Of a stretch of 64,000 bases of DNA, positions 28,452 through 36,883 are shown one piece after another. The translations under genes and the position numbers were made by a program. Under the pieces are notes generated by a model that was given only the letters and a program-made list of their open reading frames with translations, was not told where the DNA came from and did no database searches. Source of the stretch: an uncultured delta proteobacterium (lineage in GTDB: Bacteria > Desulfobacterota > Binatia > HRBIN30 > BPIQ01); NCBI GenBank assembly GCA_963761335.1, contig CAVXGR010000006.1:9465-73464 (forward strand). Direction: 5' to 3'. Position 1 is the stretch's first letter. The number at the start of each line of letters is the position of its first letter.

Positions 28452-30149
28452 ATGCAGTCAGCAAAGCGCGAACCAAGCCAGTCACTCGACGGCACCCACC
28501 GGATGGTGGTCCTGTTGCTGATCATCATCCCAACGGTGCTGCTCGTTCTCGGGATCTACAACGGTCTGCTCCAGGTGCTGTACCGCGCCGGCGTCATCCG
28601 CTCGACGTCCTTTCTCGGGCTCGAGTACTACCAGGGACTGACGCTTCACGGCGTCATCAACGCCCTCGTCTACACCACCTTCTTCGAGGTGGCCTTCGGC
28701 TACGCGGTGGTCGCGTACTTCCTGCGCTGCACCTTCGACGCGCGGCTCACCTGGCTGGCGTTCGGCATGATGCTCGGCGGCACGTTGATGGCCGCCTTTG
28801 CCATGCTCAACGGCACCGCCTCGGTTCTCTACACGTTCTATCCGCCGCTGCGCGCCAGCCCGCTCTTCTATATCGGTGCGGCGCTGCTGGTGGTGGGGTC
28901 ATGGATCCCCTTCTTTCAGTGGATCCCCGCCTATCTGCGCTGGCGCCGCGAGCATCCGGGAGAGAAGACGCCGGTCGGCGTGGTCGGCATTCTCGCCACC
29001 TTCACCGTGTGGCTGATCGCCACTCTGCCGCTGGCCTACGAGGTCGTCGTCCTGTTGATTCCCTGGTCGCTGGGATGGACCACCACGGTCGACGTGATGT
29101 TGGCGCGGACCCTCTTCTGGTTTTTCGGCCACCCGCTCGTCTACTTCTGGCTGCTGCCGGCGTACGTGATGTACTACGTGATGCTGCCGGGGCTGGCCGG
29201 CGGCAAGCTCTACTCCGACGACGCCGCGCGGCTGGTGTTCCTGCTCTTCATCGTCCTCTCGGCTCCCGTCGGCCTGCACCACCAGTTTGCCGATCCGGGG
29301 ATCTCCAGCAGCTTCAAATGGCTGCACGGGGCGCTCACCTTCGGGGTCGCCATTCCCAGCTTCATCACCGCCTTCACCATGTTCGCCTCGCTCGAGTACG
29401 CGGCGCGTCGGCGCGGCGGCTCTGGCCTGTTCTCGTGGTGGGGCAAGCTGCCGTACTTCGACCGCGATCGCTACCTGTTCGCCTACCTGTTCACCGGGCT
29501 GGTGCTCTTCTTCTTCGGGGGGATCACCGGAATCATCAACTCGTCGACGACGATGAACAGCGTCGTCCACAACACCGCCTGGGTTCCCGCCCACTTTCAC
29601 ACCACGCTCGGCGGTCCGGCCTTTCTGGCGTTTCTCGGCATGTCGGTGTTCCTGGTGGCGCAGCTGACCGGCAAGCGACTGCGATTTCCGACCCTCAACC
29701 TGTGGGTCCCGTACCTGTGGACCGCGGGGATCCTGGTGTTCTCCACCGGCCTCTCGGTCGAAGGACTACTCGGCGCGCCGCGGCGCACCAACCTGGGACC
29801 GACCTATGCCGATCCCGCTTCGGCCCTCTATCACCCCGGCTGGCAGATCTGGTCGCACATCGGCCTTCTGGGCGGTGTGATCATGACCCTGGCGATGGTG
29901 TTCTACTTCGCCGTCTTCTTCGCCACGCTGCTCGGGAAGAAGGAGCGCGAGCCGGTGCTGGAGCTGCCGACCTCAGAGGCACTTCACGACGGCGACGGGC
30001 GCTTCGTTCTGAACTTCCGGCCGTGGGTGATCGCCGCCGTGGTGCTGCTGGCGATCGCCTACATCCCGCCGATCTACGAGGTGGTCACCGGCCCGACGCA
30101 GGCGGTCCCGGCGTATGAGCCGTCCAGTCCCGTCGCCCCGCAGCGGTAG
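28452..30149 (+). CDS. cbaA: B-family (ba3-type) heme-copper oxidase subunit I
   Basis: LTLHG, YTFYPPL, WFFGHPLVYFWLLPAY, GLHHQF, AIPSFITAF, AHFH, PRR. Confidence 0.93.
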   Translation: MQSAKREPSQSLDGTHRMVVLLLIIIPTVLLVLGIYNGLLQVLYRAGVIRSTSFLGLEYYQGLTLHGVINALVYTTFFEVAFGYAVVAYFLRCTFDARLTWLAFGMMLGGTLMAAFAMLNGTASVLYTFYPPLRASPLFYIGAALLVVGSWIPFFQWIPAYLRWRREHPGEKTPVGVVGILATFTVWLIATLPLAYEVVVLLIPWSLGWTTTVDVMLARTLFWFFGHPLVYFWLLPAYVMYYVMLPGLAGGKLYSDDAARLVFLLFIVLSAPVGLHHQFADPGISSSFKWLHGALTFGVAIPSFITAFTMFASLEYAARRRGGSGLFSWWGKLPYFDRDRYLFAYLFTGLVLFFFGGITGIINSSTTMNSVVHNTAWVPAHFHTTLGGPAFLAFLGMSVFLVAQLTGKRLRFPTLNLWVPYLWTAGILVFSTGLSVEGLLGAPRRTNLGPTYADPASALYHPGWQIWSHIGLLGGVIMTLAMVFYFAVFFATLLGKKEREPVLELPTSEALHDGDGRFVLNFRPWVIAAVVLLAIAYIPPIYEVVTGPTQAVPAYEPSSPVAPQR

Positions 30150-30885
30150 TGTCTTGAGGCGCCTCACCTGGGCGCTGCTCGCCTCGCTCATCGTCTCGAC
30201 GGCGGCGACGGCGGGAACCCTGCTGCCGCCCGACCCGGCGCGCGCCGTGGGCAACGTCGTTCCCTTCGACGGCTTCGCCGACGAGAACGGGCGCCCGCTC
30301 GCATCGCTGGTGACCAAGGCCGAGCGGCAGCGAGATCCGCGGCCGTGGATCGTCAGCCCGATGTACACCCACTGCCCGCACACCTGCTCGGCGCTGACGG
30401 CCGGCCTGCGCCGCGCCGTGGATCAATCCGGGCTGTCGCCGTCGGAGTACCGCATCGTCAGCTTCTCCTTCGATCCGCAGGAGACCGATGAGCGGCTGCG
30501 CCAATTTCGCGCCCGCATGCATCTGCCCTCGAGCTGGCTGACGCTGCGGGCGGATGATCCGCTGTCCCTGCAGCGGACCCTGCGCAGCCTCGACTTCCGC
30601 ACCATCAGCACCGCGGACGGAGACTTCGATCACCCCAACCTGGTCGCGGTTCTGGCCCCGGACCAGCGCCTGGCGAGCTATCTCTTCGGCGTCGACTTCT
30701 CCCCGAGCGCGCTCGCCCGCGCCGTGCGCCGTGCCCGCAACGGCATCTCCCCGGTCGACTCGTGGCGGCCGTATCTCTTCTTCTTTGCCGTCGTCGGCTT
30801 TGCCGGCAGCGCCATGGTGTTCGGCATGTTGATGCGGCGGCGGAAGAAGTCGGCGAATTCCCGGCGCCTGGCGGCCGGGGGTTGA
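30115..30885 (+). CDS. SCO family copper chaperone
   Basis: YTHCPHTC, SFDP, DFDH, C-terminal TM helix; downstream of the oxidase. Confidence 0.85.
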   Translation: MSRPVPSPRSGSVLRRLTWALLASLIVSTAATAGTLLPPDPARAVGNVVPFDGFADENGRPLASLVTKAERQRDPRPWIVSPMYTHCPHTCSALTAGLRRAVDQSGLSPSEYRIVSFSFDPQETDERLRQFRARMHLPSSWLTLRADDPLSLQRTLRSLDFRTISTADGDFDHPNLVAVLAPDQRLASYLFGVDFSPSALARAVRRARNGISPVDSWRPYLFFFAVVGFAGSAMVFGMLMRRRKKSANSRRLAAGG

Positions 30886-30905
30886 AGATCCTGCTCAAGA
30901 GCAAA

Positions 30906-30955
30906 GTAGAAGCGCCGTCCCGGCGCTTTCCGAAGCGGCGAGACGCCGCTTCTAC
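30906..30955. repeat. GTAG-type REP element, family B
   Basis: Near-identical to 27332-27381. Confidence 0.85.
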
Positions 30956-31764
30956 TTGGCCTGCGGGGCGGCGGGCGTCGGCAGATTGGCGTACAGCCGC
31001 AGAGCCGTGGCCTCCACCGAGCGCGCCCCGCTGTGCCGGGCGATGTCGATGGCGCGCTGCTTCTCCGCGGCGCTGCCGACGGTGCCGCTGAGAATGGCGA
31101 TGCCCTCGTAGACCTGCACGCGGACGAGGACATCGTTCACCCGCCGGTCCCAGCGGAGGCGGCCGCGTATCGCGTCGCGGAGCTGCTCATCGCTGAGGGT
31201 GCGCCGCTGGCGCAGGTCGATGCGGTTCTCCAGATCGCGAACCCCGGAGACCGCCGAGGCGATCTCGGCCGCGCGACGGCGCTGCCGCCGGGTGTCGACG
31301 GTGCCCTCGAGACGCACCGCGCCGTCGTTCACCTCGACGCGGAGATTGGCTTTCTTCAGTGCCGGAACGGCGGCGAGCTTCTGGCCGATGTCGCCGCGGA
31401 TGTCTGCATCGCTGCGGCCGCTGCGCTTCACCTCGATGTCGTTCACCACGGCGCGCACGCCCCTGACCCGCTGCGCTGCCGCCTGTATCTGCAGCTTGGT
31501 GCGCAGGTCGTCGACCGCGCCGGTCAGATGTACGACATCCTGCTCGCTCTCCACACGGATCTGATCCGCCGCGACTCCGGGAACCTTGCCGAGGTTCTTC
31601 TGCACTGCGGCGACGACGTCGGCATCGGGGACGAGAACCGCGGGCCGCGACGGCACCGCCGGCCGGTGCCAGCGGCGCGCCTGCGCCTGCGCCGGCGCGG
31701 CGATGAGGGCGACGGAGAGGATGAAGGCCAGACTCAGCGGTGCAAACGGCTTGAATCGATGCAT
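30952..31764 (-). CDS. Triple BON-domain protein
   Basis: Signal peptide and three V.L.G.V...A...V.GV..V.N-type repeats. Confidence 0.85.
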   Translation of the reverse strand: MHRFKPFAPLSLAFILSVALIAAPAQAQARRWHRPAVPSRPAVLVPDADVVAAVQKNLGKVPGVAADQIRVESEQDVVHLTGAVDDLRTKLQIQAAAQRVRGVRAVVNDIEVKRSGRSDADIRGDIGQKLAAVPALKKANLRVEVNDGAVRLEGTVDTRRQRRRAAEIASAVSGVRDLENRIDLRQRRTLSDEQLRDAIRGRLRWDRRVNDVLVRVQVYEGIAILSGTVGSAAEKQRAIDIARHSGARSVEATALRLYANLPTPAAPQAK

Positions 31765-31882
31765 ACTCTGAAGAGAGCCCTGTCTCGCCAGCCTGTCAAC
31801 CTAGCCGCATCTGTTGGCTGTTGGAACTCGCATCACCAACAACGAACAGCCCGACAACTCGACGTTTCCGTGCGCGTTTCCT

Positions 31883-31911
31883 TTGACAGCCCCCCCTCGG
31901 TTTACTAGAAG
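31883..31911 (+). promoter_or_regulatory. Putative sigma70 promoter for the PqqD-fusion gene
   Basis: TTGACA-17 nt-TAGAAG, 20 nt upstream of ATG 31932. Confidence 0.5.
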
Positions 31912-31931
31912 GGGGCGAAAAGGGGCATCGC

Positions 31932-32399
31932 ATGGGTGCGAGACGCATCGAGGGGCTGTTGACGGAACGGATCGGGGGAGAGTTCCTGATCTACAACCAA
32001 GCAACCGGAGAGGGGCATGCCCTGAACGAGGCTGCCGCGGCCGTCTTCGAGCTCTGCGATGGTCAGACCGACCGGGAGGCGATGACGGCGGCTCTGTCGA
32101 GAGACTTCGGACTACCGGGTGACGCCGCCGTCGTCGACTTGGCGCTCTCTGAGCTTTGCGATGCGGGATTGATCACCGCCGACGAGGCGCCCGAGGGCGT
32201 CAGCCGCCGGTCGGTGATCCGCAAGCTGGGGCTGAGCGTCATGGCCGCTTCGGCTCTGCCGATCGTGGAGACCATGCTGGCGCGGCCGGCGAGCGCGCAG
32301 GTGCCGGCGCCGCCTCCTCCCTCGCCGTCTCCATCTCCCTCCCCTTCACCTTCTCCGTCGCCCTCGCCCTCGCCCTCGCCGTCTCCATCTCCCGAGTAG
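31932..32399 (+). CDS. PqqD/RRE domain fused to a twin-arginine-like leader and a (Ser-Pro)12 core
   Basis: GGEFLIYN...HALNEAAAAVFELCDG...L.EL...GLI (PqqD fold), then SRRSVIRKLG...PASA|Q, then VPAPPPP(SP)12E. Confidence 0.85.
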   Translation: MGARRIEGLLTERIGGEFLIYNQATGEGHALNEAAAAVFELCDGQTDREAMTAALSRDFGLPGDAAVVDLALSELCDAGLITADEAPEGVSRRSVIRKLGLSVMAASALPIVETMLARPASAQVPAPPPPSPSPSPSPSPSPSPSPSPSPSPSPE

Positions 32400-32448
32400 C
32401 GCTCTGACTGGATCCCAGACGTCCTTCGCGCGGGTCCGGGGCAATCCA

Positions 32449-33933
32449 TTGATCGAGCTGGTGGCATACGGTGCACGCCTGCTCGTCGCCGACGCGGCTG
32501 ATCTGGGCTTGGCGGCGATCCTCGCCCGCCGTTTTCCGCCCGATTTTGTGCGCCGTCCCGGCGGCGAGGCTGCGCCAGTTCGGTACGAGATCAGCCGTGC
32601 CGCCAGCGGCTATCGCATTGCCCGAAACGGGCAGCTCGTCGACCGCGGTCAAAGCGCTGCAGATCTGATCGAGCGTCTCTGCTCTCATCTGGACGTGGAC
32701 TTGGCGGCGCTGGCGCGCGGCGGCGCCTTCATCCACGCCGGGGTGGTTGGCTGGCGCGGCGTTGCAATTCTGATCCCGGCGCTCAGCGGCTGCGGCAAAT
32801 CCACGCTCGTGGCGGAGCTCGTACGCCGCGGTGCGCAGTACTATTCCGACGACTACGCTGTCCTCGACGACGGCGGGAAGGTGCATCCATTCGCGCGGCC
32901 GATCGCCTTTCGTCGGGGTGCTCCCCGTCGCCTGGACATTCCGGCGGTGCCGTCGAGCGAGCTTCCGCCGCTCGACGTGGGGCTCGTCGTCGCCACGACA
33001 TACCGGGCTGGTTCCGTCTGGGAGCCGGCCATTCTCCAAGGCGCTCGCGCTGTGCTGCCGATCCTCGACAACGCCGTGGGAATTCGCCGGCATCCTGCGC
33101 GCATCATGCGCCTTGCCGCCGCTCTCGGGACGAGAGTGGTCACCTTGGAATCGCCGCGGCCCGAAGCGGAAGCGGTTGCGCCCGAAATCCTGGAATTCGC
33201 CGATCACCTGCGCGCCGGGGAGCTCGCGCACTTCACTTCCGTGAGGCGGCCCGGAAGGGCGCGCGCGACTGCCCGCATCGCAGAGGTCGGGCGCAAACCG
33301 CCGGCCGAAGGAACGGTGCTGAGGGCTGCCTATCTTCGTATCGAGAACTTTCTGGAAGAGGATGAGCACAGGATGCTACTGGAGTACGCACGTGCCCGGG
33401 AAGAGGACTTTCGTGAGAGCACCGTGTACAATCCCGACGAAACTCGTGGAGCGGACCCGCACTACCGACGCTCCCAGACCCTGCATCGGCTGGATGAGGG
33501 CTTGTGGGAGATCTTCGAGAAGCGTCTCCGCGCTCTCCTTCCTCACGTCCACCGCCAGCTCGGGATACCGTGTTTCCGCCTCGGCGCCATCGAACGACAG
33601 CTGCACGCCCATCGCAGCGGCGATTTCTTCGGCCGGCATCTCGACAACGGCCACGGCGACGTGGTCTGGCGCCGGATATCCGCCGTGTACTACTTCCACG
33701 AGATGCCGAGGTGCTTTGACGGCGGCGCGCTCTGCCTCTACGACGAGGTCGACTGTGGCGACCGCAGGTGCGTGGCGCCCTCCTGCACGGCCCTCGAGCC
33801 GCTCGACAACAGCATCGTTTTCTTTCCCAGCAGCGTCACCCACGAGGTTGAACCCGTCCGCTATCGCCGAGACGACTTCGGCTCCAGCCGCTTCACCATT
33901 ACCTTTTGGTTTCGGGAGGAGGCGAAAGCTTGA
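32449..33933 (+). CDS. HprK-related kinase fused to a prolyl 4-hydroxylase-like 2OG-Fe(II) oxygenase
   Basis: IHAGVV...SGCGKSTL...YSDD, then FFGRHLD...AVYYF...GGAL...FFPS..THEV...RF. Confidence 0.85.
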   Translation: MIELVAYGARLLVADAADLGLAAILARRFPPDFVRRPGGEAAPVRYEISRAASGYRIARNGQLVDRGQSAADLIERLCSHLDVDLAALARGGAFIHAGVVGWRGVAILIPALSGCGKSTLVAELVRRGAQYYSDDYAVLDDGGKVHPFARPIAFRRGAPRRLDIPAVPSSELPPLDVGLVVATTYRAGSVWEPAILQGARAVLPILDNAVGIRRHPARIMRLAAALGTRVVTLESPRPEAEAVAPEILEFADHLRAGELAHFTSVRRPGRARATARIAEVGRKPPAEGTVLRAAYLRIENFLEEDEHRMLLEYARAREEDFRESTVYNPDETRGADPHYRRSQTLHRLDEGLWEIFEKRLRALLPHVHRQLGIPCFRLGAIERQLHAHRSGDFFGRHLDNGHGDVVWRRISAVYYFHEMPRCFDGGALCLYDEVDCGDRRCVAPSCTALEPLDNSIVFFPSSVTHEVEPVRYRRDDFGSSRFTITFWFREEAKA

Positions 33934-35659
33934 GGTGCCCCTCAACCTTCTCCCGCACTGCGTCGACCATCGCCCGGTGCTCTTCCAGCCATGGGCGGGA
34001 GTGCTCGAGGTAGATGCGTTTCTGGGCGAGCCGTTCCGCGGGTGTGAACGGCCGCCCGGTCTTGGCATGGATCACGCCAGTGCTTGCCAGCTCTTCGCTC
34101 CAGTCTCGGCGATTGGGGAAGCCGAGCCATCGCCAGATCTCCTCCAGGCGGGCTGGCGGTTCGGAGAAGAAGGCGTTCACATCGACGGTCTTCAAGGGAT
34201 GGCGCGAGGAAAGGGCGATGGCCCTCGCAGCGATCAGCTGCCAGCAGCGAACGGCGGCCTCTCCCGCGCTCGCGCACGGGGAGCAGCCGAGGAAGCGCGC
34301 CATCTTCGCCACGTACTCGCGGCGATATGCGTAATAGAGTGTCGCGGCGACGTACTCCTCGACCGGGGCATAGACGAAGAGGCCCCGCGCCTCAGGATGG
34401 TCGGCGAAGTGCCACTCTGCATTGACGATCTCCGCCGGCACCGCCTTGAGCAGCGGCACCTCGCCTTCGCGGAAGGTGCGGTAGCAGAGTCTGCGGAGCG
34501 TCGCGTTTCTGTAGTGGTGGAAGTGAATGCTCGGCTCGTCGTAGGCGAGACAGGCCCCAGGAGCATCCAGCAGTCGGAACAGCAGAGTCGAGCCGGCGTA
34601 GCCGTGATGGTACAGGTAGAGCACTTTGGCCGGCTCGCTCGCCGGCGTCGCCGCCTGAACCTCCTCCAGCGGCAGCTCGACCTCCCCGGGGCGCTTGGCG
34701 GCGGCTGCATGGCCGATGTAGAACGGGCGCTCGAGCTGGCGGAAGCGAACTGTCCGGCGCCTCGAGTCGAAGGCGACCGGCACCCATGCGGGATCTTCGA
34801 CCACCCGGGAAATCCCAGCTTGCCGCCGGTATCCGGAAGCGGGAAGCCGCGAGACGACAGCTGACAGCCGCGCCGCGCGAGTGGTGGGCCGCGGGTCCAT
34901 CCCGTCCAGGATGGCATCCATGAACTCGAGGACCGCGGGCGCCACCTCCTCGGCTTCCGGGCGCGGGCCCTGCAGAGCCAGCAGGCGTCTGCCCAGGCAA
35001 GTGCTGAGCCGCAGGGCGCGCCGCGGCGTGTCTCGCATCGCCAGTACGTGGTCGAGCAGGGGCAGGACGGCACGTGCTCCCTCGAGGACGACGGGCGCCC
35101 AATTCACCCCGGGCATGTAGTGCGTGGCGACCAGAAGTGCCGCCTCGACAGGCGGCTTCTCCACGGCGCCGTGCAGGCGCCGAGCCCGTCGCGGCCGCCG
35201 CACGTATGCGTGCACCTTCCCATCCTCGTCGATCACCGCATACTCGTCGGAGTAGTACGTCGCGCCGCGCCGCACCAGCTCGGCAACCAGCGTCGACTTA
35301 CCGGCGTTGCTGCTTCCCGGGATCAGGATCGCTCGTCCTCGCCAGGCGACGACGCCCGCGTGGACGAAAAGTCCGGTGCGCGCTCGCACGGCGATGTCGA
35401 ACTCGACGTGATTGCGCAGCCGGCGGCACAGGCCGCCTATGCTGCTCGCTCGGTCGACCACGGCACCATTGCGGAGGATGCGATAGGCGCTGCCGCCTTC
35501 ATCCGCGCACACCTGGTAGCTGACATCGACCTCGGTGCCGAGCACGGGCACCTCCATTACCATCCCGTAGGGCAGGGTGTCGCGGAGATGCTCGCCAACC
35601 GCGGTCACCGCGGTTTCCAGAAGCACGCGCGCGCCATGTGCGCTGATCAGCAGCGGCAT
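33899..35659 (-). CDS. HprK-related kinase fused to a sulfotransferase-like P-loop domain
   Basis: VHAGVV...SNAGKSTL...YSDEY, then LYHHGYAGSTLLFRLL...YDEP...HAKTGRPF. Confidence 0.75.
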   Translation of the reverse strand: MPLLISAHGARVLLETAVTAVGEHLRDTLPYGMVMEVPVLGTEVDVSYQVCADEGGSAYRILRNGAVVDRASSIGGLCRRLRNHVEFDIAVRARTGLFVHAGVVAWRGRAILIPGSSNAGKSTLVAELVRRGATYYSDEYAVIDEDGKVHAYVRRPRRARRLHGAVEKPPVEAALLVATHYMPGVNWAPVVLEGARAVLPLLDHVLAMRDTPRRALRLSTCLGRRLLALQGPRPEAEEVAPAVLEFMDAILDGMDPRPTTRAARLSAVVSRLPASGYRRQAGISRVVEDPAWVPVAFDSRRRTVRFRQLERPFYIGHAAAAKRPGEVELPLEEVQAATPASEPAKVLYLYHHGYAGSTLLFRLLDAPGACLAYDEPSIHFHHYRNATLRRLCYRTFREGEVPLLKAVPAEIVNAEWHFADHPEARGLFVYAPVEEYVAATLYYAYRREYVAKMARFLGCSPCASAGEAAVRCWQLIAARAIALSSRHPLKTVDVNAFFSEPPARLEEIWRWLGFPNRRDWSEELASTGVIHAKTGRPFTPAERLAQKRIYLEHSRPWLEEHRAMVDAVREKVEGHLKLSPPPETKR

Positions 35660-35781
35660 TGCTCGAACTTCGTCTCGACGTGATTGCCCGTAGCGGCCGG
35701 GGAGGGTATTTATCGCTGCCCCGATGATGCGTCAACGCGAAAGCCGAAAGACTTCTCCGCCGGGCATCAGCTCCAGAGAAG

Positions 35782-36801
35782 ATGTCTGAGATCGCCGGAA
35801 GTCCGTCGCTCTATCCGATCCTTCTGGATCGGGAACGCCGCGAGGCCGAGCTCGTCGAGATGACGCGCGATACGTACCGCGCCTCGACCTTTCTCGACAA
35901 GCGGACGGTGACTGCGGGGACGCGCCGACGCCGTTGCGATCTGCGGGGCCTCCTGGCGGATCCCCCGCTGCCTCGACCGGGTGATCCTCCGGTTCACTAC
36001 GTGCTGCACACGGGTTTTTGCTGCTCCACGCTCCTTGGGCGCGCCCTGGACCAGATCCCCTCGGTCTTCTGTCTTCGCGAGCCCTTTCCGCTGGCGCAAG
36101 TGGCGGCTTGGGCGAAACGGGAGCGAGCGGAAGCCGCGCCAGCGGATGGCTGGAGGTTGTCGGAAGAGCTTGGGAGCTGGCTGAAGGTGGTGCACTTTCT
36201 CCTGCGCCGGTCGTATGCCGGCGTCGTCTGCAATGTCGTCAAACCGATCCCCCGTTGCAGCATCCTGGCCCCTTGGCTGCTCGACATCGAGCCCCGATCG
36301 CGGGTGCTGTTCCTCTGCACCGATCCCGTCAGCTTCCTGGTGTCGACGCTGCGCCGGTCGGAGCGGCGCAAGTGGGCGCAGCGGCTCCTGCGCGCCGTTC
36401 ACCCGCAGCCGATGTCGGCTCCCTCCTCGGACGTCGAAGCCGCCGCGATGCTGTGGGCGACGTTGGTGGAGCACTATCGCTCGTTGCGGCGGGGACCTCA
36501 CGCGGCACGCGTGCACATGCTCGACGGCGGGCGCCTGGCAAGCGAGCGCGAAGCCGCGCTCCGCGCCGCGCTTGCGGCGCTCGGCATTCCCCAGGAGGAG
36601 GCGATGCTCGCCGCGGTCCTGGCACACCCGCTGTGGCAGACGTACTCCAAGCAGCCGGGCAGGGACTACGACGCCTATGCGCGACAGGAGATCGTCGAGC
36701 GCGCTCGCCTCCGCCACCATCGCGAGATCGCGGAGGGTCTTCGCTGGCTGGCTGCCAACGTCGAATGGTTCGCGGAGGAGCGGCCGGTCTTCGGGGCGTG
36801 A
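35782..36801 (+). CDS. Sulfotransferase-like protein
   Basis: STFLDKR, LHTGFCCSTLLGRAL...LREP, YSKQPG. Confidence 0.65.
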   Translation: MSEIAGSPSLYPILLDRERREAELVEMTRDTYRASTFLDKRTVTAGTRRRRCDLRGLLADPPLPRPGDPPVHYVLHTGFCCSTLLGRALDQIPSVFCLREPFPLAQVAAWAKRERAEAAPADGWRLSEELGSWLKVVHFLLRRSYAGVVCNVVKPIPRCSILAPWLLDIEPRSRVLFLCTDPVSFLVSTLRRSERRKWAQRLLRAVHPQPMSAPSSDVEAAAMLWATLVEHYRSLRRGPHAARVHMLDGGRLASEREAALRAALAALGIPQEEAMLAAVLAHPLWQTYSKQPGRDYDAYARQEIVERARLRHHREIAEGLRWLAANVEWFAEERPVFGA

Positions 36802-36883
36802 ACAGACGAGGTGCTGGGGCGAGAACGAGGATGATGTCCGGTACTTGCCAGCCGTCGGGTCGGTCATGGAGTATAAAGGGCTC

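Noticed and set aside
28452..30149. Nitric oxide reductase variant
   Set aside because: The cross-link Tyr and the B-family proton-channel residues are retained.
31932..32399. PQQ biosynthesis or a lasso peptide cluster
   Set aside because: No pqqA/B/C/E, lasso cyclase or B2 protease is in the window, and the core has no lasso ring residues.
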